Shown here: positions 17,694-28,400 of the stretch, one piece after another
Layout of the letters: the number at the start of each line of letters is the position of its first letter
Numbering within the stretch: the stretch's first letter is position 1
NCBI GenBank assembly: GCA_021325135.1
Contig: JAJPHT010000029.1
Coordinates: forward strand, 32,001-96,000
From: Pseudomonadota bacterium
GTDB taxonomy: Archaea; Thermoplasmatota; SW-10-69-26; JACQPN01; JAJPHT01
Direction: 5' to 3'
Length of the DNA stretch: 64,000 bases
Program-made: the position numbers and the translations under genes
The notes under the pieces: generated by a model
What the model saw: only the letters and a program-made list of their open reading frames with translations
The model's database searches: none
What the model was told of the DNA's origin: nothing

Positions 17694-20600
17694 ATGTCCA
17701 GGAAGCTACTGATCCTGCTCCTCGTCTCGTTGACGCTCTCTGCTGTCGCGTATGCGGCCATCCCCTCGGGGCGGTCGCAGACGCTCCCGGCGGCCGGCCA
17801 CTTTGAAGGCATGCCGGCCAACCCCGGCTTCCTCCCCGCAGGCGCGGTGGAGAAGGTCGACGCGCGCACCCAGGACTCCAAGACCTACGACCTGCCCAAC
17901 GGGCAGCGCCTGACGATCGTCTCCCAGAGCCCGCTGCACTACAAGGCCGCGGACGGCTCGTGGGCCGACATCGACTCGACGCTCCTCCCCACCGCCAACG
18001 GGTTCGAGGACGCGAAGAACCTCATGCGCACCACGGTGGGCCTCGACGGCTCCGTGACCATCGTGGCCCCCCTGGGCTCCCTCGCCCAGGCGCCCCTCCA
18101 GATGGCCACGCGCACGTCCGCCGGCGTCGTCCTGGGCTCCATCCCCGCCGCGGCGCCCGTCGTCTCCGTCTCCGGCGCCGTCGCCACCGCCGCGGGCCTC
18201 TACCCCTCCGGCAACGGCCTGACCACCGTCGAGCGCGGCGTCGTCCGCCACGACCTCGTGCTCGCCGCGGCCCCCGCGCTCCAGCACCCCGCCGGCTCCG
18301 TCCTGGCGGTCGAGGAGACGCTCACCGTCCCCGCGGGCCTCCTCCCCTACGCCGAGGGCAAGCTCCAGGTGGCCGACTTCGTCACCTCCGGCGGCATCGT
18401 CTTCAAGACCGCCGACGGCAAGGAGGCGTTCACCATCCTGCCCGCGACCGCCCGCGACGCCAGCGTCGCCACCGGCCTCGTGGACCCGCAGAACCCCGGC
18501 TTCGTGACCGCCCAGCTGCGCCTTACGCACGCCCTGACCGGCTACGTCCTCTCCACGGAGATCCCCGCCGACTGGCTCTACGCCTCGGGCCGCGCGTTCC
18601 CCGTCACCATCGACCCCGACACCGCCCTCTACTCCGACGTCTACGAGGCCATCGGCCTCGTGCAGCACCACCAGCTGCTCGGCAACCTCGGCTGCCCCCA
18701 GGCGCAGTGCAACTACATCGAGGTGGGCGACGACCAGGACGACTCGGCGTATTCGTTCTCGTGCTTCTGCTATCCCGACACGCAGTACCGCACGATCCTG
18801 CGCGAGTCCCTCGCCCCGCCTTCGATCCCCAACACGGCCTACAAGATCAACTACGTGAAGAGCTGGTACAACCAGAACCTCCAGTCCGGCAACGTCGGCA
18901 CCATCAACCTCTACTTCGACTCCGTGGACAGCTGGGACCCCAACCTCGTGAACTGGGGCAACCAGCCCACCACGTCGACGCTGCTGGGCAGCTACACCCA
19001 CAACACCGGCAACCAGCAGAACTGGTGGGAGTTCGCCGACTGGTCCTCCACGGGCGTCACCACCCTGCAGGGCGAGGTCAACAGCCTCTACGACAGCTCG
19101 ACCTTCATGAAGGGCGACAACCAGATCTCCTACACGATGAAGGCCGCCCAGGAGGGCCGCGTCGACAGCAACGACTGGGTCAGCTACTGGCGCACCGGCA
19201 GCGGCGCGCCCCTCATCGAGATCGGCTACTCCTACGACAGCACGGCGCCCACGACGCAGTCCAGCATTGCCAGCGGCGCGAGCCAGATCAACGCTCCCTG
19301 GTACGTGAGCACCGCCCCCCAGGTCATCCTCTCGTGCAGCGACTCCGAGTCGGGCTGCTCCCAGACGCAGTACAGCCTCAACGGCGGCAGCTGGACCACC
19401 TACTCGGGCCAGTTCTCCGTCACGGCGCAGGGCACCAACACGATCCTCTACAAGTCCAAGGACCACATCGGCAACTGGGAGTCCCAGAAGTCGATGACCG
19501 TCCAGTGGGACAACGTCGCGCCCGTGACGACCCTCAGCCTCTCGGGCACGCTGGGCTCCAACTCGTGGTACACCTCCAGCGTGACCGCGACGCTGAGCGC
19601 CTCCGACGCGACCTCGGGCGTGAAGACGATCACGTACACGCTTGACGGCGGCGCCGCCACGACCTACACCACCCCCATCACCATCGGCTCGGACGGCACG
19701 CACACGCTCCAGTACTGGAGCAGCGACAACGCGGGCAACTTCGACTCGACGCGCACGGCCACCATCAAGGTGGACCGCACCGCGCCCACCGCGTCGCAGA
19801 CCAACTCGTGCGCCGTGGGCTACTTCGGGACGTGGTGCCGCGGCTCCGTGAGCCTCACCGGCTCCGCCTCCGACGCCACCTCGGGCGTCGCCAGCGGCTC
19901 CCCCGTGTGCAAGCTCGACAACGTCGCCGTCTCGTGCTCCACCAGCGCCAGCTCCGAAGGCTCGCACACGTGGACCGTGACCGCGACGGACAACGCGGGC
20001 CTCTCGTCGACCCCCGCCAGCGCGAGCTTCGGCGTCGACACCGTGGCCCCCTCCACCACCAACAGCGTGGGCTCGGGCGCGGTCCTGGGCAGCAACGGCT
20101 GGTACCGCTCCAGCGTGGTCATCACGCTGGCGGGCTCCGACGCCACCTCCGGCGTCATGAAGACGATGTACCAGCTCAACGGCGGCGCGTGGACGCAGTA
20201 CTCCTCCCCCATCACCATCTCGGGCCAGGGGACCAACACGCTGAACTACTACAGCCTCGACAACGCCAACAACCAGGAGTCGCAGAAGACCGCCTCGTTC
20301 AAGATCGACACCGGCAACCCCAGCACGACGGCCTCGCCCTCGGGCACCGTCGGCTCCGCCGGCTGGTACCACAGCGCGGTCACCGTGACGCTCGCCGCGT
20401 CTGACGCCACCTCCGGCGTCTCGGGCACGTTCTACCGCATCGCGGGCGGCTCGCAGCAGACCTACGCCACGCCCTTCTCGGTGAGCGCCGAGGGCACGAC
20501 CAACGTCGACTACTGGTCCACCGACCAGGCCGGCAACACCGAGTCGACCCACACGCTCCCCGTGAAGATCGACACCGTGCCCCCGACCACCGCCATCACG

Positions 20601-23600
20601 CTGGGCGGCACCATCGGCGGCAACAGCTACTTCACGACGCCCGTCCACGTGACGCTCTCGGGCAGCGACGCCACCTCCGGCGTCGCCTCCTCGTGGTACC
20701 GCCTCAACGGCGGCGCGTGGACGCAGTACTCCGCGCCCTTCGACGTCAACAACCAGGGCTCGACGACCATCGACTACTACTCCATCGACGTGTCGGGCAT
20801 CTCGGAGACGCCGCAGACGCGCACGTTCCTGGAGGACACCTCCAAGCCCGTCACCACCGCCTCGACGTCCTGCCCCGCGGGCATGGGCGGCTCGTGGTGC
20901 CGCGGCGCGGTCACCGTGACGCTCGCCGCCACGGACGCGACCTCGGGCCTGCAGTCCACCAGCTACCGCGTCAACGGCGGCGCCGTCCAGACCTACTCGG
21001 CGCCCATCTCCGTGAGCGCGGAGGGCTCGACGAGCATCGACTACTGGTCCACGGACAACGCCGGCAACGTGGAGCCGACCCACACGACCACCGTGCAGAT
21101 CGACACGCAGGCGCCCACCACGGTCGCCTCCAAGACCGGCACGCTGGGCAACAACGGCTGGTACACCGGCGACGTGACCGTGACCCTCTCGGCCACGGAC
21201 CCCGCGCCGGGCAGCGGCGTCGCGTCGACGCTCTACAAGGTCAACGGCGGTACGCAGCAGACGTACGCCTCGCCCTTCCCCGTCTCGGCGGAGGGCTCCA
21301 ACACCGTGACCTACTGGTCGACCGACGCGGCGGGCAACGTGGAGTCCCAGAAGACGCTCACGTTCTCCATCGACAAGTCGAACCCCGTCACGACCTCCGG
21401 CGCGGCCCCCGCCGCGAACGGCAAGAACGGCTGGTACACCGGCGTCACGGTGGTCTACAGCGTGAGCTGCGCGGACTCCGTGTCCGGCTGCCAGCGCAGC
21501 GAGTACTCCGTCGACGGCGGCGCGTGGCAGCCCTATGACGCCGCCAACAAGCCGCAGTCCACGCAGGACGGCACGCACACCTTCGACTCCCGCTCCTTCG
21601 ACAACGCGGGCCGGGAAGGGGACGCCGCGCGCCTCACCGTGAAGATCGACAGCACGCAGCCCACCACCACGCTCGCGTCGTCCTGCACCATGGGCAACGC
21701 GGGCTGGTGCGTCGGCCCCGCCACGCTCACCGCCACGGTCACCGACCCCGTGAGCGGCGCGGGCGCCATCAGCTACGGCACGTCCAGCACGGGCCCGTGG
21801 ACCCCCTACGACCCCGCCAACAAGCCCGTCGTCTCCGCCAACGGCCAGTACACCTACTGGGCGCGCGGCGAAGACCAGGCCGGCAACGCGGCGCTGGCGA
21901 GCAACGCGTTCAAGATCGACGTGACGGGCCCCAACGCCGTCGCGACGGTCGTGTCCGGCACGACGGGCACCAACGGCTGGTACGTCAGCAGCGTCGTCGT
22001 GGCGCTCAACGCCAACGACAACACCGCCACGACGGAGAGCGGCACGGCGTCGGTCCAGTACCGCACGAGCCCCACCGCCGCGTTCACCACCGTCGCCCCC
22101 GGCACGCAGATCACGCTGAGCGCGAACGGCGCGACCGCCCTCGAGCTGCGCGGCGTCGACGTCGCCGGCAACGTGGGCTCGTCCATCACGGTGACGTACA
22201 AGATCGACACCGACATGCCCACGGTAAGCGCCAGCTTCACCACCACGCCGCCCGCGAGCGGCTGGTGGAGCGCCTGCCCGAGCCCCGTGCTCACCGGCAC
22301 GGACCCCACGAGCGGCGTCGCGGCCATGTTCTACCGCCTCGACGGCGGCGTGTGGGTCCAGTACAGCGGCCCCATCGCGGCCATCTGCCAGACGGGCATC
22401 CACACCATGGACGCCTACGCCAAGGACAACGCGGGCAACGTCGGCTCCACCGTCACGACCACCATCAAGGTGGACCGCAACCCGCCCACGTGCAGCGAGA
22501 CGCTGGTCACCGGCACGCCCGGGCAGAACGGCTGGTACACGTCCGCGGCGACCGTCCGCGTCGACGCCTCCGACGGCGCCGGCGAGAGCGGCCTCCAGGG
22601 CACGTGGTACACCGTCACGACCGATGGCACCCAGACCGTCGTCTCCCAGGTCATCACGCCTGGCAACACGTTCAGCATGAGCAGCCAGGGCACCAACGTC
22701 GTGACGTGCCAGGCGAAGGACGTCGCCGGCAACACCGGCAACGGCCCCTCGCTCACGGTGCCCATCGACACCACCGTCCCGACGATCTCCATCAGCGTGG
22801 CGCCCCTGCCCATCCAGACGGGCTGGATCCACGGCTGCGCGAACGCCACCTTCAGCGCGTCCGACGCGGTGAGCGGCGTGGCGAACGTCTTCTGGAAGCT
22901 GGACGGCGGCGCGTTCACGACGGGCGCCTTCCCCATGGTCTGCGCCCCCGGCACGCACACGGTGAACGCCTACTCGCAGGACCGCGCGGGCCTCGTCTCC
23001 ACGACGGCGACCGCGACGTTCAAGCTGGACAACGACCCGCCCTCGTGCACCGTCGCCCTGACGACGCAGCCCAACGGCCTCAACGGCTGGTACGTGTCGG
23101 ACCCCCAGTTCGCGCTGGGCGCCTCCGACCCGGCGGGCGGCAGCGGCGTCTCGGACCTGCAGTACACCATCGCGACGGGCGGCCAGATCACGAAGCCGTG
23201 GACCTCGGTGGCCGTCACCGGCGCCACGGTGACGCTGACCGCCGAGGGCAGCAACGTGATCTCGTGCCAGTCGCACGACGCGGCCGGCTGGGACAGCCCC
23301 ATCCTCACGGCCTCCGCCAAGCTCGACACCGTTGCGCCCGCGTCCACCGCGACGCCCAGCGGCCAGATGGGCCAGAGCGGCTGGTACGTGACCTGCCCCA
23401 CCGTCACCCTCGCGGCGACGGATGCCACGAGCGGCGTCAACCGCATCGTCTACAACGTCGACGGCTCCGTGCAGGTGACCTACTCCGCGCCCTTCCAGGT
23501 GTGCGGCGACGGCACGCACACGGTCCAGTACTACGCGTTCGACAACGCGGGCAACCAGGAGACCACGCGCACGCTGAGCCTCAAGGTGGACACCCACGCG

Positions 23601-25373
23601 CCGACGACGACCGAGACGTCCATCGTGGGCGTCCAGGGCGACAACGGCTGGTGGCAGTCCAGCGTCTCCGTGACGCTGGCGTGCGCCGACGGCTCGGGCT
23701 CGGGCTGCGCGACGATCTTCTGGCAGATCGACAACGCCGGCTGGCAGAGCTCCAGCCCCGGCGCCTCCAGCGTCGTCGTCAGCATCGTGGGCGATGGCAC
23801 GCACACGCTGAGCTACTACAGCGTGGACGTCGCCGGCAACCGCGAGACGACGCACGTCGACCCGCCCTACCCCATCGACACCACGGTGCCGCACACGGCG
23901 AGCGCCTACGCGGGCAAGGTGGGCGGCTCCGGCTGGTACACGGGCCCCGTCACGGTCTACCTGAATGCGACGGACGCGACCAGCGGCCCGCGCGCGGTGG
24001 AGTACAAGCTCAACCGCGGCCCGATCGTCCAGGTCCAGGGCGACCACGCGGTCGTCCCGGTGAGCGCCGACGGATCGTACACCATCCAGTACCACGCCAT
24101 CGACTTCGCCGGCAACAGCGAGCCCTGGAGCGCCGAGGAGAGCTGGCGCATCGACCAGACGCCGCCCACGTCCACGCCGGAGATCTCCGGCAACGCGGGC
24201 GCCAACGGCTGGTGGCACACCGCGAGCGTGACGCTGATCTGCTTCGACGACGGCAGCGGGTGCAAGACCACCCACTACCGCGTCAACGGCGGCGTCTGGA
24301 AGACCTACGCCGCGCCCATCGCCCTCCCCGAGGGCCACGACACCGTGGAGTTCTACTCCGACGACGTCGCGGGCAACGTGGAGTCGACCCTGACGCTGCA
24401 CGTCGACGTGGACAACACGCCGCCGCGCACCGCCACGCCGCCGGTCTACCTCGGCCCCACCGCGACCGACTCGCAGAACCGCCTGGTCATCGGCCCCAAG
24501 ACGGCGATCCAGCTCTCGGCGAGCGACTCGCTCTCGCTGGTCGACGTGATCACGTACAAGATCAACGGCGTCCAGCAGCCCGCGCTCGCCAACGGCGGGT
24601 CGTTCTACCTGAGCGGCCCCAGCGGCGAGTACAACATCAGCATCTCCGCCCTCGACCGCGCGGGCAACGCCGAGGCCGAGTTCAGCATCAAGCAGCAGTT
24701 CGACTCGACGCCCCCCGCGACGAACATCACGAAGCCCATGGCCAACTCGGTCACGGTGGACGACGTCATCGCGTCGTTCAACGTGCCCCCCTACGTCGAG
24801 GCCGGCCCCGCCCACGACCCCTTCAACGGGGTCAAGGACGTGACCCCCGCGACGCTCATGGACTTCGCCATCGTCGCGCGCCACGTGAACGTGACCGTCA
24901 CCGCCACCGACAACATGGTGCACGTGGTCAAGGTGGAGTTCTACCTGGACACGGACCCGACCCTGGGCCCCGCGACCCCGCGCTGGACCCAGACCACGGG
25001 CAACGCCGGCACGTACTACTGGCCCTGGGACACGTCGTCGGAGACGCTGGGCAACCACGTCATCTACGTCAAGTCCTACGACGAGGTCGCCAACAACGTG
25101 ACCGTCACGCGCAACGTGAAGGTCGTCTCGGTGGCGCCCACGGCCGACAACACGCAGACGCCGCCCGTCTCGCAGAACCTCGCGACGTTCGTCACCAAGA
25201 TGAACGTCTGCACGCCCCAGAACTGGGAGAGCCAGGCCACCCTCCTGGGCCAGACCATCGCGGACTGCGTCGTGCGGGCCGCCAGCGACATCAACGCCTC
25301 GACCTCCGCCAGCGCGCCGCCCACCCAGGAGGGCGCGGCGCCCAGCGGCTCGGGCGGGAGGCCCGGCCAGTAG
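17694..25373 (+). CDS. giant secreted protein (2559 aa): WapA/DNRLRE-type N-terminal head, about 20 tandem Ig-like repeats, Big domain, Cys-closed C-terminal motif
   Basis: GGAGG SD; signal peptide; repeats DxxxPxT...GxxGWYxxxVxVTLxAxDATSGV...YxSxDxAGNxE. Confidence 0.9.
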   Translation: MSRKLLILLLVSLTLSAVAYAAIPSGRSQTLPAAGHFEGMPANPGFLPAGAVEKVDARTQDSKTYDLPNGQRLTIVSQSPLHYKAADGSWADIDSTLLPTANGFEDAKNLMRTTVGLDGSVTIVAPLGSLAQAPLQMATRTSAGVVLGSIPAAAPVVSVSGAVATAAGLYPSGNGLTTVERGVVRHDLVLAAAPALQHPAGSVLAVEETLTVPAGLLPYAEGKLQVADFVTSGGIVFKTADGKEAFTILPATARDASVATGLVDPQNPGFVTAQLRLTHALTGYVLSTEIPADWLYASGRAFPVTIDPDTALYSDVYEAIGLVQHHQLLGNLGCPQAQCNYIEVGDDQDDSAYSFSCFCYPDTQYRTILRESLAPPSIPNTAYKINYVKSWYNQNLQSGNVGTINLYFDSVDSWDPNLVNWGNQPTTSTLLGSYTHNTGNQQNWWEFADWSSTGVTTLQGEVNSLYDSSTFMKGDNQISYTMKAAQEGRVDSNDWVSYWRTGSGAPLIEIGYSYDSTAPTTQSSIASGASQINAPWYVSTAPQVILSCSDSESGCSQTQYSLNGGSWTTYSGQFSVTAQGTNTILYKSKDHIGNWESQKSMTVQWDNVAPVTTLSLSGTLGSNSWYTSSVTATLSASDATSGVKTITYTLDGGAATTYTTPITIGSDGTHTLQYWSSDNAGNFDSTRTATIKVDRTAPTASQTNSCAVGYFGTWCRGSVSLTGSASDATSGVASGSPVCKLDNVAVSCSTSASSEGSHTWTVTATDNAGLSSTPASASFGVDTVAPSTTNSVGSGAVLGSNGWYRSSVVITLAGSDATSGVMKTMYQLNGGAWTQYSSPITISGQGTNTLNYYSLDNANNQESQKTASFKIDTGNPSTTASPSGTVGSAGWYHSAVTVTLAASDATSGVSGTFYRIAGGSQQTYATPFSVSAEGTTNVDYWSTDQAGNTESTHTLPVKIDTVPPTTAITLGGTIGGNSYFTTPVHVTLSGSDATSGVASSWYRLNGGAWTQYSAPFDVNNQGSTTIDYYSIDVSGISETPQTRTFLEDTSKPVTTASTSCPAGMGGSWCRGAVTVTLAATDATSGLQSTSYRVNGGAVQTYSAPISVSAEGSTSIDYWSTDNAGNVEPTHTTTVQIDTQAPTTVASKTGTLGNNGWYTGDVTVTLSATDPAPGSGVASTLYKVNGGTQQTYASPFPVSAEGSNTVTYWSTDAAGNVESQKTLTFSIDKSNPVTTSGAAPAANGKNGWYTGVTVVYSVSCADSVSGCQRSEYSVDGGAWQPYDAANKPQSTQDGTHTFDSRSFDNAGREGDAARLTVKIDSTQPTTTLASSCTMGNAGWCVGPATLTATVTDPVSGAGAISYGTSSTGPWTPYDPANKPVVSANGQYTYWARGEDQAGNAALASNAFKIDVTGPNAVATVVSGTTGTNGWYVSSVVVALNANDNTATTESGTASVQYRTSPTAAFTTVAPGTQITLSANGATALELRGVDVAGNVGSSITVTYKIDTDMPTVSASFTTTPPASGWWSACPSPVLTGTDPTSGVAAMFYRLDGGVWVQYSGPIAAICQTGIHTMDAYAKDNAGNVGSTVTTTIKVDRNPPTCSETLVTGTPGQNGWYTSAATVRVDASDGAGESGLQGTWYTVTTDGTQTVVSQVITPGNTFSMSSQGTNVVTCQAKDVAGNTGNGPSLTVPIDTTVPTISISVAPLPIQTGWIHGCANATFSASDAVSGVANVFWKLDGGAFTTGAFPMVCAPGTHTVNAYSQDRAGLVSTTATATFKLDNDPPSCTVALTTQPNGLNGWYVSDPQFALGASDPAGGSGVSDLQYTIATGGQITKPWTSVAVTGATVTLTAEGSNVISCQSHDAAGWDSPILTASAKLDTVAPASTATPSGQMGQSGWYVTCPTVTLAATDATSGVNRIVYNVDGSVQVTYSAPFQVCGDGTHTVQYYAFDNAGNQETTRTLSLKVDTHAPTTTETSIVGVQGDNGWWQSSVSVTLACADGSGSGCATIFWQIDNAGWQSSSPGASSVVVSIVGDGTHTLSYYSVDVAGNRETTHVDPPYPIDTTVPHTASAYAGKVGGSGWYTGPVTVYLNATDATSGPRAVEYKLNRGPIVQVQGDHAVVPVSADGSYTIQYHAIDFAGNSEPWSAEESWRIDQTPPTSTPEISGNAGANGWWHTASVTLICFDDGSGCKTTHYRVNGGVWKTYAAPIALPEGHDTVEFYSDDVAGNVESTLTLHVDVDNTPPRTATPPVYLGPTATDSQNRLVIGPKTAIQLSASDSLSLVDVITYKINGVQQPALANGGSFYLSGPSGEYNISISALDRAGNAEAEFSIKQQFDSTPPATNITKPMANSVTVDDVIASFNVPPYVEAGPAHDPFNGVKDVTPATLMDFAIVARHVNVTVTATDNMVHVVKVEFYLDTDPTLGPATPRWTQTTGNAGTYYWPWDTSSETLGNHVIYVKSYDEVANNVTVTRNVKVVSVAPTADNTQTPPVSQNLATFVTKMNVCTPQNWESQATLLGQTIADCVVRAASDINASTSASAPPTQEGAAPSGSGGRPGQ
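19230..24710 (+). repeat. about 20 tandem ~90-100-codon Ig-like domain repeats inside the giant protein
   Basis: Counted by recurring DxxxP / GW[YWC] / D(AT)SG / D.AGN motifs; DNA-level recurrences such as gacgccacctccggcgtc and aacggcggcgcgtggacgcagtactcc. Confidence 0.85.
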
Positions 25374-25405
25374 GCGATCGATGAGAGACGTGACGAGGTG
25401 ATGTC

Positions 25406-28400
25406 ATGAAGGAGTCCCGCGCCCTCGCCTTGGCCTTCGCGAGCCTGCTCGTCCTCCCCGCCGTCCTCGTGGCGCACGCCGCCGCGGCGGACCCGGGGAA
25501 CGAGGCCATCCTCGCGTTCGACCACCAGGTCGGCTATCACCTCGGCGCGACGGGCGACCTCATGCGGCTGGAGGCCAGCGTCGTCGTGGCGCAGGCACCC
25601 GGCACGCAGTGGGAGATGCGCATCCTGGACCCCCAGGGCGCCATCCGGGCGCGGGACTCCTTCGTGGGCGCGAGCTTCAGCGCCAACCTCTCCCTCCAGC
25701 TCCACGAGGGCGACCTCGCCGGCGCGTGGCGCGGCGAGGTGCGCCGCTTCGACGCCAGCGCGTCGGCGTGGGTCGTCTCCGGCGCCGTCGTGACCGGCGT
25801 CGACTTCGTCCCCCTCCCGGGGACCCCCTCCCTCTTCGCCAGCGCGGCGGACAACCGCGTCGACCTCGCCTGGTCGAGCACGGTGAACCCGCCCGCCTCC
25901 TACGAGGTCGAGATGTCCGAGGACGCGGACTTCACCCTCGTCCCTCCCCAGTTCCACCTCTACGACTCGCCCAGCACGGCCACCGAGTTCGTCGCCTCCT
26001 TCGGGACGACGTACCACGTCCGCGTCCGCGTGCGCGACCTCTACAACGGCTATGGCCCCTGGAACGCGACCACCGTGCGCACCGACCCCGCCGTGGGCAC
26101 CGTCGGCTTCGACCGCGGCGCGTACATCGTGGGTCCCGCGGGCGGCGACCAGCTCGTCGCGCGCCTGCGCGCACTGGGGGACGCGGACACCATCTGGCGC
26201 CTCCAGGTCAAGGACTCCACCGGCGCCCTGCGCTACGAGGGCACCACCACGGGCTCGCTGGCGGCCAACCTCACCGGCGTCGTGACGCTCACCGCGGCCG
26301 ACCCGCGCGGCGCGTGGACCGCCGAGGTCTCCAGCCGCAAGGCCGCGACCTCGTGGAGCCTGTGGAACAGCAGCGCGACCACCGTCGCGGACACCGTGCC
26401 CCCCGCCCCGCCCTCGCTGGTCGTCTCCGCCCACGGCCAGCAGGTCAGCGCGACGTGGCTCCCCCAGGGGGGCACGGGCTCCCTGCGCTACGACGCGCAG
26501 CTCGCCGCCGACCCCTCCTTCACCTCGCCCCTGGTGAGCCTCCCCTCCACCACGCAGCAGACGCTCGCCTACGCGGGCGCGTGGGCCACGACGTACTACG
26601 TGCGCGTGCGCACCCTGGACGCCTACGGCGCCGTGGGCCCGTGGTCGACGCAGCAGGCCGCCACCGACGCCGAGCCGCTGCCAGACCTGGTCATCGGCCC
26701 GCACTCCGTGTGGCTCTACCCCGAGACGCCCTACGAGGGCTCGACGGGCAGCCTGCGCGTGCTCGTGGAGAACCGCGGCACGCTCGCGGCCAACGGCGCG
26801 CAGGTCGCGGCCACGCTCAACGGCGCGCCCGCGGGCTCCGCCACCGTCACCATCCCGGCGGGCGGCAGCCAGATCGTCGCGATCCCCCTCTCCTTCCCCG
26901 CCCGCGGCGCGGCGCAGATCGTCGCCACCGCGGACCCCGCCAACGCCATCCGCGAGCTGGCGGAGACCAACAACGCGGGCTCGCTCTCCCTCACCGTGGA
27001 GAAGCCGCCGGTGAACCTCGTCATCGCGCCGGCGGACGTCGTCGTGTCGCCCGCCGTGCCCACGGCGCTCCAGCCGGCGACCGTCACGGTCACGGTGCAC
27101 AACGTGGGCACCGAGCAGTCGGGCCCCGCGCAGGTGCAGCTCCTCGCGGGCGAGACGGTGCTCCTCGACGCCAGCGTGAACGTGGCGCCCGGCGGGAGCA
27201 GCACGCTCTCCGCCACGTGGACGCCCGCAGTCGCCGGTGCTATCACGCTCCTGGCGCGCGCCGACCCCACCAACGCCATCCGCGAGACCACCGAGAACGA
27301 CAACGTCGCCACGCGCTCCGTCACCGTGGGGTCGAGGCCCGACCTCGTCCTGGAGCAGTACGCCCTCGCGCCCACCGGCACCACGGTGGGCTCCCGCGTC
27401 GACGTCACGATGCGCGTGAGGAACGGCGGCGACTTCGCCACGCCCGCCACCACCGTGGACCTCACCAGCACGTCGCCCACCGGGCAGAAGACCCTGGTGC
27501 AGACGCTCCAGGTGCCCGCGCTCCAGCCCGGCGGCTTCGCGCCCCTCGCGGGCGCCTTCACGCCCACCGCGGCGGGCACGTGGTCGCTGGACGCGGCCGT
27601 CGACCCCGCCGACGCCATCGCGGAGACCTCCGAGGCCAACAACCGCGCCTGCGCCTCCGCCACCTTCACCACCGCGCCCCTGGCGGACGTCTCCGTCGCG
27701 CTGGGCTCCGTGGACGCGCTCCTGCACGGCAAGGGCGCCCGCGCGCAGGTCACCGTCACCAACGGCGGCACCGCGCCCGCGCAGAACGTCCACCTGGCGC
27801 TGCGCCTGAAGGACCCCGCGCGCCCGGACCTGGCCGGCATCGACCTGGGCAGCCAGGACATCGGCCTCCTGGCGCCTGGCGAGGGGCAGCAGGTCTCCTT
27901 CGCCTTCACGCCGCAGCGCGTGCTGGGCTTCCCCGAGGCGGCCGACCTCGTCGTCGAGGCCTCCACCACGAGCCCCGAGGCGAGCCTCGCGGACGACAGC
28001 GCCAGCACGCACGTCGTCGTGCGCGCGCCCGACCTCGTCGTGACGATGCCCTCGCAGATCAGCATCCTGGGCATCGAGAGCCCCGCGCAGGGCATCCACC
28101 GCCCGCCCACCTACGCCACCATCGAGAACATCGGCAACGCGCGGGCGGAGGCCATCACGCTCTCCTTCTCGCAGTCCACCGGCACGAAGACGTGGACGCT
28201 GGGCACCGACGGCCTCACGCCCTCGGGCCTCGCGCCGGGCGAGAGCGTCACCCTCGCGCTCCCCCACGTGGACGCCGACTCGCCGGGCTTCTGGCCCGCC
28301 GTCTTCCAGGCGGACGTCACGCGCGCCAGTGCCGCGGCCTCCGGCCCCGTGGCCGACGCCGAGCCCGCCCTGGGCGTCGAGCCCGACCTGCTGCGCGGCG

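Noticed and set aside
19230-24710. CRISPR array or Rhs/YD repeats
   Set aside because: Repeats are ~280-nt degenerate in-frame protein domains; there are no identical short repeats with spacers, no YD dipeptide periodicity and no DPxG-toxin junction.
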